Shown one piece after another: positions 23,630 to 35,836 of a stretch of 45,349 bases of DNA; positions within the stretch are counted from its first letter, which is position 1, and each line of letters starts with the position of its first letter. Origin of the DNA: Nemertoderma westbladi (lineage: Eukaryota; Animalia; Xenacoelomorpha). The notes beneath the pieces were generated by a model. The model was not told the origin of the DNA and ran no database searches. It saw only the letters and a list, made by a program, of their open reading frames with translations. The stretch is from contig JAUCBJ010001157.1 in the NCBI GenBank assembly GCA_032718475.1, positions 1 to 45,349 on the forward strand, in the 5' to 3' direction. A program made the translations under genes and the position numbers.

Positions 23630-25449
23630 TTTTACCTTGAACGGCATATGTGAATGTTTTAGTTAGAATCGTTCAAAGTCTACCGTAGTAGACTTACGAC
23701 TCAATGTATTCTGCTGTATTACTGAGCATGCTTAGCTGAGTATGGAGTACGGTACGTTCTTAAACTACTGTATTACGTGATACACTGACGCACGCAGTAT
23801 TAACGAGTCACAATAAACATTATTTGCTTTATACCGGTACTATACTGCTATATACAGTACCGTCTGACCGTACCGGTACATGACATAATCAATAAATATA
23901 TTTATCAGTATATATATACATACCGTGCAGCCGTGGAGGCCTAATCTGGTCTGTCCCTGTGTATGTGGAACACAACGCACAAAGGTTGCTTTTGTTAGTA
24001 CTGTAGTATAGGCCTATCTCAGTTAAACTCACCTGAAGGCCTGAAGCTAGGTTCTTTAGGATGATCAGAAGTAATACTGTAAATAAACACTGCAGGAAAC
24101 TTATAGTTTGGATCGCCTGGGGCTGGGGGTCGTATTGTCGGGATTTCGTTAACATTATCATAATTTCGTAGTAATATATCCAACAACGTTTGTGTATGTA
24201 ACGGTTTATGCAATGGAATAAGTATGGATAGCGCCGTTATGGCTGCTTGGCACTTGGGTACGGTACCGTAGCGTTCAGGCGTTGGGTGGTTCTGAATACT
24301 GGAATACTGAATACGTTGTCAGAGGTAGGAAAGTACAGCAGCAGGACTACGACTGTACGAGTATATTGTACTGTTGTAGGCACTACGTACCTGACTACAG
24401 TATGTAAATGTACCGTACTTGGCTTGGCTGGCGTTGGACTTGGACAGTTGGAAGTCTTTGGGTAAAGGCGAGTAGTACAGTACTACAGTACTGCAGTGGG
24501 CAGGTAGGCCTAATCCATCTGTGCACCAGCACTGCCTGACTGCTGGACTGCAGGCTGCTGTCCTGCACTATCATAATACACCAAACTGCTAAACAACTTT
24601 ATATCGTTTGTAGGATTGAGCTTATTTGAATTTACCTCTCTTTTCTTATAAAGCTCTAGTTCGATTCATTCATTGGTTACCTACGCGAAAAATTTACCTA
24701 GGCGAAACTGCATTCCATCACATACGCGTAGCCTACGCGTAGGCTACACCTACGCCGAAAAGTCAAACCCACAATTCGTAAAAAAAGGAGGACAAAAAAA
24801 GTCAAATAAAAGGACATAAAAAATCACTGCCTAATATTACTGAATACTGTCTGACTATAATATGTCAATACTCAACCTTGTCTACCAGCAGACCGGTACT
24901 GCTCTCTATCAGTCTATACCATGGCCTAGTCTATACTACACAGCGGCTACAGCGCTACAGTAGTACCGGTACAGTCCTGCGGTCTGACAGTATACCAGTA
25001 CAGCCAGTATACATCAGTACATACAGGTGCAGAGGTATGGTACCGGTATAGCAGGTATAGACTGATAGAGGCAAGAGGTATATGGCTATGCAGTAACCTC
25101 TCAATCCTGCAATCTCACTGATCTCAACGTACTGACATATAATGTGAAAAAAGACGGCAAGTGAAATATTGCTGGCATATCCTGATATCAGCATATGGAA
25201 TACATAGGCCTAGGGTAGCCTACCGTACCGGAGTAGGGTAGCAGAAAATTTCCACCCCCCTAAAAATTCACCCCTGGTTAAAATTCCCTAGTGTATTTTC
25301 ACCCCCCCCCCCCCCCCCCCCCCGGTTGCCGGTTAGACATTAGAATTCACTAGGTCAGTAGGTGCTAGACGTGCTAGGCTGCTGGTATTTTTTAGTAAAA
25401 TTAAACCCCCCTCAGCTCAGTGTACAGGTGTATTCTTACCATACAGCCA

Positions 25450-26295
25450 TACACGGGTCAGCCTAATCACCCAACTACACCCAACTTTCACCCAACTACA
25501 CCCAACTACACCCAACTACACCCAACTACACCCAACTTTCACCCAACTACACCCAACTTTCACCCAACTACCACCCAACTACACCCAACTTTCACCAACT
25601 ACACCCAACTTCAACACAACAGCATCCAACTTACACCAAACTATACTGTATGGCACCTATCTTCCACAAATTACAATATGTACAGTAACAAACTCTGAAC
25701 TTCTTTGAGGAATTGCTGAGATATGAACTTTTAAAAGTTGCATGTACTCGTGCTGTATTTTGCCATCACTGCCCTGCAATTATGAAAATAACTAACTAAC
25801 ATTTTATTTTTATTGCAGGTTGATTCTAGAATAATTGATGAATTTAGCAAAAAATATACAAAGGAGAGACACAGAGACTATTGACGAACGATCCAGATAC
25901 CTATAGATGTCTACACATACCACGCATCAAAACTCCAAACTAAGCTACAGTACAAACTAAACTGGCGCTGTGGGATTGCGGTGAAAATGAAAACGGTATT
26001 GATACACAGGAGGGTCACCGTCACAGCCTTAACGACGAAATCGCATTATTGGAAACTTCTGCTGTGGGAATAGCAATGCAGATAATTCGTACAAAGTTAA
26101 TGGACATAAGTTCTATATTATACAGTATGTTTAATGCAATTATAATAATGTAATTATCCTTTATGTATCATAGAATACAAGAAAATAAACTGTAACATTA
26201 TTTTCAGCTTCTTTATCTTAAACTTTATAGCCTTTATACTGTATTAATTAATTTTTAACGAAACAACAGAAATAATTTTAGAACTTTTTACATTT
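25450..26295 (+). repeat. About 850-bp repeat starting with (CACCCAACTA/CACCCAACTTT)n; left arm of a large inverted duplication
   Basis: Aligns by eye along its length with the reverse complement of 28388-29460. Confidence 0.9.
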
Positions 26296-26439
26296 CTCAT
26301 TACATTTTACATGTCTCAAGTTTACACTCCATTTGGCTCCCTGATCCAATCTTAATGGTTAGCAAATAAAGTACTTTCTGTATAATATAGGCGAATAATA
26401 AATTTCTCATGGAACCAAAATAATAAACGAAAGATAAGA

Positions 26440-27205
26440 TCAAATTAATATAAAGGCCACGAAGTTTAGAATAAAACTGTTGAAAATAAAGACTACTGTA
26501 TGTTACAATCTTTCTTGTAATATGATACAAAGGATAATTATAATATTTTATTGTTAAATTTCTGAATTACTTAACGCTTGTCCTTGGACAAGCCGTAAAT
26601 ATAGTAGATAGATGGATTATTTGCGGCTCGTCCATAGACGAGCGTTAAGTAATCAAGAAATTTAACAATAAAACAACATATTATAGTGTATAATGTACTT
26701 TTATCTCACTTCGGTCCCTCGTTTCAATATTTCACTAACTCGAATATGATAATAACTCGAAATAAATTTTCCAGTATTTACTAATTATCATAGTGCGTTA
26801 AGGCTCGCCTTTACTACGTGGCTCGCATGTTCTCGCTGTTATGCCTCAGAACTAAACATTAGATATATTGTACTGTATGTCCTACTCATCTTCACATCCA
26901 AAAAAGCGACGTAGATTAGGATTTGTATGGTTTTTGACAATTTTATAATTTGCTTTATAATTTTTTATTTTCAAAAATCCTGACCTTCGAGAAAGTGGTG
27001 AAAGGTAAGTGTAGTTGGGTGGAAGTGAGACAATGTTGAGTGTACTGTAGTTGGGTGATAGTTGGGTGTAGTTGGGTGGAGAATTGGGTGTAGTTGGGTG
27101 AAAGTTGGGTGTTGTTGGGGGTAGTTGGGTGAAAGTTGGGTGTAGTTGGGTGAGAGTTGGGTGGAAGTGGAGTGTAGTTGGGTGAAAGTGAGTCAAAGTT
27201 GAGTG
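26440..27205 (-). repeat. More diverged inverted relative of the 25450-26295 repeat
   Basis: TTAATATAAAGGCC...ATGATACAAAGGATAATTA at 26445-26540 and (GTAGTTGGGTG)n at 27010-27190. Confidence 0.65.
26546..26673. repeat. 128-bp imperfect hairpin (small palindromic MITE)
   Basis: TTTTATTGTTAAATTTCTGAATTACTTAACGCTTGTCC pairs with GACGAGCGTTAAGTAATCAAGAAATTTAACAATAAAA; stem about 55 bp. Confidence 0.85.
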
Positions 27206-27510
27206 TAGATGGTTGGAGAGTTTGGTGTTCTGTGGGACGAGTCACGCTTTCAGGGCAAGCCTTAGCGCACAATTGCAATTAGTAAAAATAGGGCAAAATT
27301 TCATCTCCAGTCGGTCGTTCTGTCCGCTTGTCTGTCTGTAACGAAAAAATCATTCGTAAGTAACTTTTGAAGATTTTCGCCAACTGATCCACATTAAAGC
27401 CCCATGAGAAACCCCACTTGGGATCCGACTATGTAGCAACATACCTAAAGTGTGTGACATATTATTCATTCACATGTGAGAATTTAGCTTGGAAACCTCA
27501 ATGTTGATCA

Positions 27511-28000
27511 GATAGACTTTGCTGATGACTTAGGAGTACTCTCAGAATCATTAGAGGGAGCCCAACGGCTCCTCAGCTCATTAGAACATTCTGCTTCTAG
27601 TGTTGGTCTTTTTATTACCTCCAGAAAGAGAATTTTGACAGTTAACTTTGAAAGTCCTCAGCAAGTCTCTGATCGGATGAGCATAAGCTCAAAGGATGGT
27701 ATGCTTGAGCATGTGGACAACTTCTGTTACCTGGGATCATGGATCCGGAAGTCAGGTGAGGACCTTCGAATACGTAAGGGAAAGGCATGGGCAGCCTTGA
27801 ATAGGCTTTCCAGGATTTGGAAGTCACCGAGAATTAATCGGAAACTCAAGGTCCGATTATTTAGAGCAGCAGTAGTTCCAGTACTCCTCTACGGGAGTCC
27901 ATGCTGGGCTCTAACTGCTGAGGACACCAAATCTCTGGATGGCACATTCACAAGAATGCTACGCTGGGTTCATTGTGTCAAGTACAATGCACACATTAGT
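27511..28000 (+). mobile_element. RTE-clade LINE reverse-transcriptase fragment
   Basis: IDFADDLGVLSESLEGAQRLL from 27512, then LEHVDNFCYLGS...KAWAALNRLSRIWKS...LKVRLFRAAVVPVLLYGS..W...LDGTFTRMLR. Confidence 0.88.
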
Positions 28001-28387
28001 TTGGAAACCTCAATGTTGATCACATGAGGATTTTCGAATGGGTGGAATGTCTGAAAGATTAAATACACTTCTCCCATTTCGTTGTTTGTAATAAAATAAG
28101 CTGAATATTGTCATATCCTACTGTACATATACTGTACAGTATGTACTAGAGACCACAAACCGCGTCTATATGATTACGTTGATCAACGTCTGCAATTCTC
28201 TACCCTAGTGTGATGAATTATTATTTCTACTACTGTAAGATCTGTAATGTATAACGATCTTATCGATTCTCTTACTGTAGAGATCTTGTCCATTCTGGCA
28301 TCGCCTGTATGTGAAGATCATAATAAGTTACTTGCAGAAATTCCCTTGACCTGTACAGATCTTACCAGATCCCCTTTTAGTTTATCA

Positions 28388-29460
28388 AAAATGTAAAATG
28401 TTCTAAAATTATTGCTGTTGTTTCGTTAAAAATTAATTAATATAAAGGCCATAAAGTTCGCCCATGTGAATAATACCAGGATTTCACTTTTCGGTCGACA
28501 TTTTATTGGAATTTTATGTATGAAGATTTTCTATTTTTTTTAATTTATCTTTTTGATACGTTTCGTTTTGATACGGCTAAATTTCGTTTATTGTTTTGGT
28601 TAGATTCAGTCCTTTTGTAACCTGTGATTTTAATGAAAACCTGGGATTCTTCACATGGGGGCAACTGCAAAGTTAAATATATAACGGCAGAAAGTGTTTA
28701 CATGGGCCCAAGATTAAAATAAAGCTGCTGAAAATAATGTTACAGTTCTTTTTCTTGTATTCTATGATACATAAAGGATAATTACATTATTATAATTGCA
28801 TTAAACATACTGTATAATATAGAACTTATGTCCATTAACTTTGTACGAATTATCTGCATTGCTATTCCCATAACAGAAGTTTCCAATGCGATTTCGTCGT
28901 TAAGGCTGTGACGGTGACCCCCCTGTGTATCAATACCGTTTTCATTTTCACCACAATCCCAAACAGCGCCAGTTTAGTTTTATACTGTAGCTTGGATCGT
29001 TCGTCAATAGTCTCTGCGTCTCTCCTTTGTATATTTATTGCTAAATTAATCAATTATTCTAGAACCAACCTGCAATAAATATAAAACGTTAGTTTGTTAT
29101 TTTCATAATTGCTCAGCAGTGGGGGCAACATACAGTACATGAAACATTTAAAAGCTCATATCTCAGCAATTCCTCGAAGAGTTTGTTACTGTACATATTG
29201 TAATTTGTGGAAGTTTGGTGCCATACAGTAGGTATAGTTTGGTGTAAGTTGGATGCAGAGTGGAAGTGGAAGTGCAGTGGAAGTTGGGTGTAGTGGGGTG
29301 GAACTGTGTGGGTGTAGTTGGATGAAAGTTGGGTGTAGTTGGGTGAAAGTTGGGTGTAGTTGGGTGAAAGTTGGGTGTAGTTGGGTGAAAGTTGGGTGTA
29401 GTTGGGTGTAGTTGGGTGAAAGTTGGGTGTAGTTGGGTGTTTAGGCTGACCGGCCATACA
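28388..29460 (-). repeat. Right arm of the inverted duplication, interrupted by an insertion
   Basis: Reverse complement of 25450-26295, plus about 250 bp extra at 28459-28712. Confidence 0.9.
28459..28712. mobile_element. MITE inserted in the right arm
   Basis: CCCATGTGAATAATACCAGG / CCTGGGATTCTTCACATGGG inverted ends (28461-28659). Absent from the left arm. A related end is at about 16790-16830. Confidence 0.75.
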
Positions 29461-29534
29461 CTGCTCTTAGCGATCCTACTTTTTCTCTCGCCCCACTGAC
29501 TAATGACTCTGATCAAGCCGTAGATTGCCCCACC

Positions 29535-30450
29535 CCGATGTTAGCAGATGACATATCGCACTTAGCTGCTTAGCGCCTGGTTCAGACTCGAAGAGCATAT
29601 CGGAAACACTAACTCGGAATCTCGAATGCACTCAAGCGTGGCTCATCGACAACCGCCTAACTCTCCACTTAGGCAGTTAGGTAAAACCGAATGCATCCTA
29701 TTCGGAACAGCTCAACGCTTAGCACTAAACAGCTAAACGAACCACTAAGTGTTACATGCAAAATGGGAAACCAATAGCGACAGGCTGACAGGGACTCTGT
29801 CAACTACCTCGGTTGCAAACTGGATAAAACTCTTAACGGCGAATCAATGGTTGCGACAATAATAAAGACAGAAAGAAGGGCAACTCACGGTTAAAATTCA
29901 TGTGGCGATTTTCTGATTTTCGGGTGCACTAGACTACAATACTCGCCGCCTACTATGCAGCCATGCAATGCATTGATACAACCACTAATGGACTATGCGT
30001 CAGCAGTGTGGTTCCACTCCAGTCAGCCAGTCAGCCATTAGCATCATATGGAGAAACAAACTGGAGGCCCTACAACGCAAATGTATCCGGTATTGCCTAG
30101 GACTGGACAGCCGCTCCCACATCGACAATTCTCATTTCCGTGCTTAATTAACTGGTTACCCGTCAAACTGCGAATTAAACAACACCTGGCAACCATTATG
30201 TACAAAACTCACCCTAACCTCACCCCTAGCTACATACAAGAAATGGTAGAATTCCCGTCATTTACACGTGCCACACGCGCCCCCCCAATCGAAAGCGGTC
30301 ATCCCATACAAGAACACAGCCTTTGGTCAACTTTCCTTTGACTATAACTGTATAAGGGGCCAGCTATCTGGAATAGCTTACTGCGAAATGTAACCGAGTC
30401 AGTATCTCGTGGAAGCCTTCAAACACGCAGTAAAATCACATTACCTGTGC
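29535..30450 (+). mobile_element. Degenerate CR1/L2(Crack)-type LINE ORF2 3' fragment; 3' UTR may extend to about 31235
   Basis: Frameshifted motifs LADD, WLIDNRLTLH, GKTECILFGT, VNYLGCKLD, PLMDYASAVW, LQRKCIRYCLGL, LINWLPVKLRIKQH, GPAIWNSL. Confidence 0.82.
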
Positions 30451-31541
30451 TCACTCGATTGACATCTCGCCCTGCTTTTTAGTTATCTTAAGTTAACTTT
30501 AACTTTCATACTCCTTTACCTACCAAAACAACATATTTTTTAAATTTAAATCGAAGCACCTCAAAATATTTTATGTAAGATATATTTTTATCTAATAATA
30601 CAGTCAGACAGTCCCGGTACTAAGTAATCGGTTTTAATGTTATGCAAGAAATTTTTTGTTCACGAATATTAAAAGAATGATATCCAGCAATACTGAATAT
30701 ATTTCATAATATATTTCAGTCTGTGGCCCGAATTTTTTATTATTTTATGCTAGAAATGTAAATATTCTAGGGCCTACACTTTCTTTATTTTATTTGATAC
30801 TTTTATAGCTTCGCGGTTGAATTATTATTTTATTCAAGAATTATATTTTTTAAATTGGACGTCGAACGGCCTGAACCTATCAACCGCATCTGATTTTTAA
30901 ATTTTTTAAGCACCAAAATGTATATGTGTTTATGTAAACGTAATCTCATATTGTAAATACGGCCTCAGCTGTACTTTTATCTCTGAGACAAACAACGGGG
31001 ACCCTCTCGGAAACAAGGTTCGCCTTAAGACGCTATCCCCGGTGCGCAATGTATCTTAATAACAATTTTAGTAATAATACCATTTTTATAGAACCAAATT
31101 AATACTACAAATCTCTGTCATGTATGTATGTAATGTCATCTATGTTTGTGTTATTTAATTGTGTTATTTTATTGTTCATTTTAATTTAAATGTTATACTT
31201 TGAGCACCATTAAACCAGTAACAATACCAATACCATAGGCAGATAGGAAAATGGAAATGTGAAATAGATACCGGTACGGTAAAATAGTTTTTAAACGTTG
31301 ACCTGTAAGTGAGTTTAAACGCGGGTGGAAATATTTACGTTAAACTAATGGGCCTAATGTTTTTTTTACAAAACTTTTACCCGGTACTTTAAATGTCAGA
31401 ATGTTAGGCCTAGCTGGAGCTGAGCTGCCTAGTTTTAATTATATTCTATTTATAATTATATTAATAATTATTTAGGTACCGGTACCAAATATATTATAAT
31501 TGTAAGCTGGAATTTTATCAGATAATAGATAGACTTGAAGA

Positions 31542-32744
31542 ATGTCGATGAACTCTTCCACCTCCACACAGCTACCCTCAGTTTCTCCAGAGTTTACGAG
31601 ACAAGCTGTCGATGGAATCGTCCTGTCCTTCCTTGTTGTTTTTTCCGCCTTAGGCAACATCATTATCGTCATTATAATTTTCAAGGACCGTCGACTCCAC
31701 ACCATCTGCAACTATTTCATTGTGAGTCTCGCGTGCGCCGATCTTTTTGTCAGCGTATTCATCATGCCATTCGCTGTGGTCATCCATCTAATGGATGGCG
31801 TGTTCATATTCGGCGACGCATTCTGCACGGTTTGGACTTCAGCTGACATCCTCCTAGTCACCGCATCCATCTTTAACCTCTGTGGAGTCAGCCTCGACCG
31901 CTACTGGGCCATCACCGACCCCCTCACCTACAGGAAGAAGATGACAACGCGGCGCTGTGCCTTGATCATCTCCTTTATTTGGATATTCTCGACGGTTTTA
32001 GCATTCGCGCAGATCCTCTGGAGGAACATAATCGTTGACTCCGGCAAGGAACGCGCGAACGAGTCAGAAGACGTCCCGATGTGCGAGATAACCAAGGATA
32101 GAGAGTTCCGTATTGTCTCGTCAATGAGCACAATGTTCGTTCCTCTCTCCATAATGATGTTTATAACCTGTAAGATATTCCGTATAGGTTTAGGAGAGAT
32201 GGGCCGGATGTCATCTCGTCTCCCGCCGATTCTATGGGACGGTGAAACTCCTCCGCACTCTTCGGCCCTCACCGTCGACCAACTAACTCGCTGCATCGTA
32301 TATCGCGAGCGCATAGACGCATTGAGACTCGCTAAAGTACTCGGTTTCGTTGTCGTTATGTTCGTTATTTGTTGGCTACCGTTTTTTTCCTTCTATGTTT
32401 TGGAGGCGTTTTGTCCTGACTATGCGACCTGTGGACTTTCCGTCGATATGTACGTTGTGTTCAGCTGGCTGGGATATTCCAACTCGGGGGTTAATCCCGT
32501 TATTTACCTTTGCGCATTGGGCAGCTACAGGTCCGCCTTGTATCGGTTGATTTGTTTTGACAAAACGTCGGGTTTTAAAAAGAACCCATTGGTCCGTGGA
32601 ACGTCTGTCATGCACAGAGACTTGCAGGACAATATGTTGCGACTTAATCCAGCACAGCAGACGCTCCTTGAAAGAGGGGACACTACAGACAATCACTACA
32701 GAGGTAACAATCCAACTAAATATATTAAAGAATCATATTTATAA
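31542..32744 (+). CDS. Class A aminergic GPCR, intronless, 400 aa; beta-adrenergic/D1-like/octopamine-beta-like, exact orthology unresolved
   Basis: Seven TMs: LGN, SLACAD, WTSADILLVTASIFNLCGVSLDRY (Asp3.32), TM5 SSMSTMFVP, CWLPFF, WLGYSNSGVNPVIY; N-glycosylation sequon NSS; short third loop. Confidence 0.93.
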   Translation: MSMNSSTSTQLPSVSPEFTRQAVDGIVLSFLVVFSALGNIIIVIIIFKDRRLHTICNYFIVSLACADLFVSVFIMPFAVVIHLMDGVFIFGDAFCTVWTSADILLVTASIFNLCGVSLDRYWAITDPLTYRKKMTTRRCALIISFIWIFSTVLAFAQILWRNIIVDSGKERANESEDVPMCEITKDREFRIVSSMSTMFVPLSIMMFITCKIFRIGLGEMGRMSSRLPPILWDGETPPHSSALTVDQLTRCIVYRERIDALRLAKVLGFVVVMFVICWLPFFSFYVLEAFCPDYATCGLSVDMYVVFSWLGYSNSGVNPVIYLCALGSYRSALYRLICFDKTSGFKKNPLVRGTSVMHRDLQDNMLRLNPAQQTLLERGDTTDNHYRGNNPTKYIKESYL

Positions 32745-34164
32745 GACTTTCAGTTAATTTGACGCATCCCACTCGAAAGGGTTTATATATTGTATTATTT
32801 TATATATATGGAACACTTAGAGTTAACGCCTGCAGCAAACTATAGAAAAATTAAATAAAATTATCCTTTACAAAAAAAGTTTCCCTTCCCGAAGGATTTT
32901 GGTCGGTTTGCACATTTTTGTTTTTCCATAACTTAATTTAACCAAATTTATTTTCTGTTGTCATAATATAAACGTGAACCTAGGACGCCTTGACTTAATC
33001 ATTGGTTGGTGTAATGTTTTAGTTGCTATGGAAACTTAGTATGTAATATGTTTTCCGCAATCCGTTTGAAGAGACGTAGATTATATAGCGGCTTCTTAAA
33101 TTCCGTAGAATCTGTTCCTAAGTGACGGCTAATTCTTCCGTAAGGGCCTATCTATACATTTGGCGGCTATAATATTTTGGGTAGTGCATAGGAATTTATA
33201 GTCATATAAATCCGGTAAATTCTGCGTTTTTGCGTTGCATTCAAATCTGATCTCTGAAATTGTCATTAATTTTGAACCTAAATTTCTCTCACCTATATAA
33301 TATATTATTAGCCTTAATTCGACACTATATGTAGCAGCAATAACATTCGCTACCAAAACCGAAGTTATTTACGTAACCTCGTCGAAAGACTCAAACCACA
33401 TAATTTGGTTGGATAAAACGATAATTATAATATTTAAATTGTATAGGCCTAATTGTGTGCAACCCCTGTGTTCATAACGGTATATGTAGTATTAGAAACA
33501 GTTGATAAATTGGATGGATTAGGTTTTTTGAACGAGATTACTAATCCCGTATACTTAGAAAGATTTATAAATTTAATTAATTAATACATAATTTGTTACT
33601 TTTGATTACACTATGTAGAGTGAATTTTTTTATAAATGCTAATTTTTATTATTTTGCGACATTTTCTACTAGCGTTTCTTTTTATTCTGTCACGGTGATT
33701 GGGTATGTCAGCAGATAACCTGGCTATCTTTAAATTGTTCGTTTAAATTTGACTTAAGAAGGTTCCGGGTTATTTTGCACTTCCAAACAAAAAATAACGA
33801 ATAGCACTGGTGTTATATTATGCTGAGATCATTGCACTACTGGGGGAGGGGGGTCGTCTAGTCTGCTGGGTTTTATAGTACATTAATATCATGTACACAA
33901 TGTCTTGGAATATAACGAATTGTAGATCATTGTTTTCTGAGCATTTTGTTGTATTTTATAGATTTATTGGCGGAAATAATCTCAATTTTGTAATTAGGAA
34001 TGATATATTTAATATGACCTGCCCCGATGCCGATGCCACCATGAGATACTTTTTCAAACGCCTGTGTTAAAAGTTAGAAAGCGAAAATCAGATTACCCAC
34101 ATCACAATACAATACACCATACCACGGAATATATTGACACCCCCCCCCCCCCCCCCTCCCTTAA

Positions 34165-35230
34165 TGAAATCTTAATGAGATTGCGTACAATTTTAAACAG
34201 AGTTCATTTTACCTCCCTCCTCCTTAGTGGGAGAGTTGGAATTTTTATTTTCGCTTTCATTTTTTAGCTAGAAGTGTTTGAATAAGGTGTCTTCGTCGAT
34301 ATTGCACCAGTTACACCGAAGTTATTATTCAATCTTATAGTGATTTGTTGGTACCGGTACCACTAGCGATAGAATGCTGTAAGGATTCCTAATATGTAAA
34401 AACATCTGAATTTGGTTGGGAAATAGCTGAGAAATTGGCATTCGAATGTTACATGTATTTACTTCCGCTGCGGGGCGTTTATTGTATTTAATATATACAC
34501 CATATTCTGGAACATTGTGTTTATTTCAGTAGCTTGGCAACAATGCAATTGGCTATACAATGTCAATATGTACCGGTATAATAATACTAAGTACGTTTAT
34601 ATTCATAATAACAAAATGTTCTAGAACATTTTGAACCGCTTTGGCCAATGGGTGGGTAGTGGGCACTAAGGTCAATGGGTACGACGAGTCAAAGGGAACA
34701 AAACGAGTCAAAGGGTACACTAACCCTAAGTCATAATCTATGAAATTTAGCTGAATTTCTTAGATTATTACTTGGGGTTAGTGTTAAATGACAGTTTTAA
34801 TTAGGGTTGAGGCCGCCACCACATTACAGTACGTCATTACAGTATAAAAATCCCTGTTGTTCACTTTGTCCCGTTGTACCCTTTCTATAACATTTGTACC
34901 CTTTGACGTGGTTTTTGTACCCTTTGACATGGCTGTTGTTCACTTTGACCTGTTATATCCTTTTTTCCATTTTTGTACCCTTTGACTCGAAATCAACATG
35001 GTGTATTTATTAAATATAATAAATGGCCAGCAGCGGAAGTAAATACGTGCAACATTCGGATGCCTCATAACTCCGCTATTTCCCAATCAAATTCAAATAT
35101 TTTTACATATTTAGAGTCCTTGCACGGTCAGCTTTCCGTCGGTAGTGGAGTGGTACCAATAATCAGCTAGGATGAAGAATAACTGCGGTGTAACTGGTGC
35201 AATTTAATCGGAAACACCTTGTTTAAACGC
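34165..35230. mobile_element. MITE of the 9460-9945 family with a nested insertion at about 34630-34995
   Basis: 34285-34495 is inverted at 35005-35222. The nested part has GAGTCAAAGGGAACAAAA / TTTTGTACCCTTTGACTC inverted subrepeats. Confidence 0.75.
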
Positions 35231-35251
35231 TTGTAACTAATGAATTTTTAA

Positions 35252-35385
35252 GGCGGGGTAGGTCAGTTGGTTGAGCGCCGGGCCTGAAATCTATTGGTTG
35301 TAGGTTCAGCCCCGCCAGGGTCCACTCAGCCTTTCATCCACTGGGGTCGATAAAATGAGTACCAGTTAAATTACTGGGAGCAAAA
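35252..35385 (+). mobile_element. tRNA-derived SINE with a conserved central domain (MetaSINE-like)
   Basis: A-box-like TAGGTCAGTTGG and degenerate B box GGTTCAGCCC, then ACTCAGCCTTTCATCCACTGGGGTCGATAAAATGAGTACCAG, which I recall as a widespread metazoan SINE core. The body may continue to about 35600. Confidence 0.75.
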
Positions 35386-35758
35386 CAAGGGATAGGAGTA
35401 GCGCCCACGCCCACCCCTACCTTCGGGTAGCAGATATGAGTAGCGACCACCCCTACCCTCGGGTAGCAGCTATCGAAAGAGGAGCCTTCGAGTCGCCTCG
35501 ACCGACTGTTTGCTTGCTTTTTGAGATATTGAATTAAACTTTGAGTAAGCGTCGGTTGGACTGGATTCAATTCTGTGAATTAAGACTATACCCCTGAACA
35601 TAATATGATGCAACAATGTCACACCAGGCTCCGGTACACACACATAGTATACAGATACACATAGACAGTGAAGTGAAAGTAATTGGTGTACGATCTGACC
35701 CGGGTGTGCAGGCAACGGGCCTATTTCATTTGCTGTGTCCTATGGACCCCGGTGCAAT

Positions 35759-35836
35759 CTCACCCGCCATATAAACTCACCCGCCATATAAACTCACCCG
35801 CCATATAAACTCACCCGCCATATAAACTCACCCGCC
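35759..35836. repeat. 17-bp perfect tandem repeat (CTCACCCGCCATATAAA), about 4.6 copies
   Basis: Seen directly. Confidence 0.95.

Larger units (their letters stand above)
19464..24770 (-). mobile_element. Mutator-like (MULE) DNA transposon, 5.3 kb, both ends intact, coding region degraded
   Basis: About 155-bp TIRs GGGTTTGACTTTTC... and ...GAAAAGTCAAACCC; perfect 9-bp TSD ACAATTCGT (19455-19463 and 24771-24779); MULE transposase motifs inside. Confidence 0.92.

Noticed and set aside
31928-32757. Antisense and alternate-frame ORFs over the GPCR, and likewise 7186-7443 and 8266-8505 over TSEN54
   Set aside because: Shadow ORFs of real coding sequence.
35252-35325. tRNA gene (also near 9000-9078)
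   Set aside because: No complete cloverleaf, and each is followed by a SINE body.
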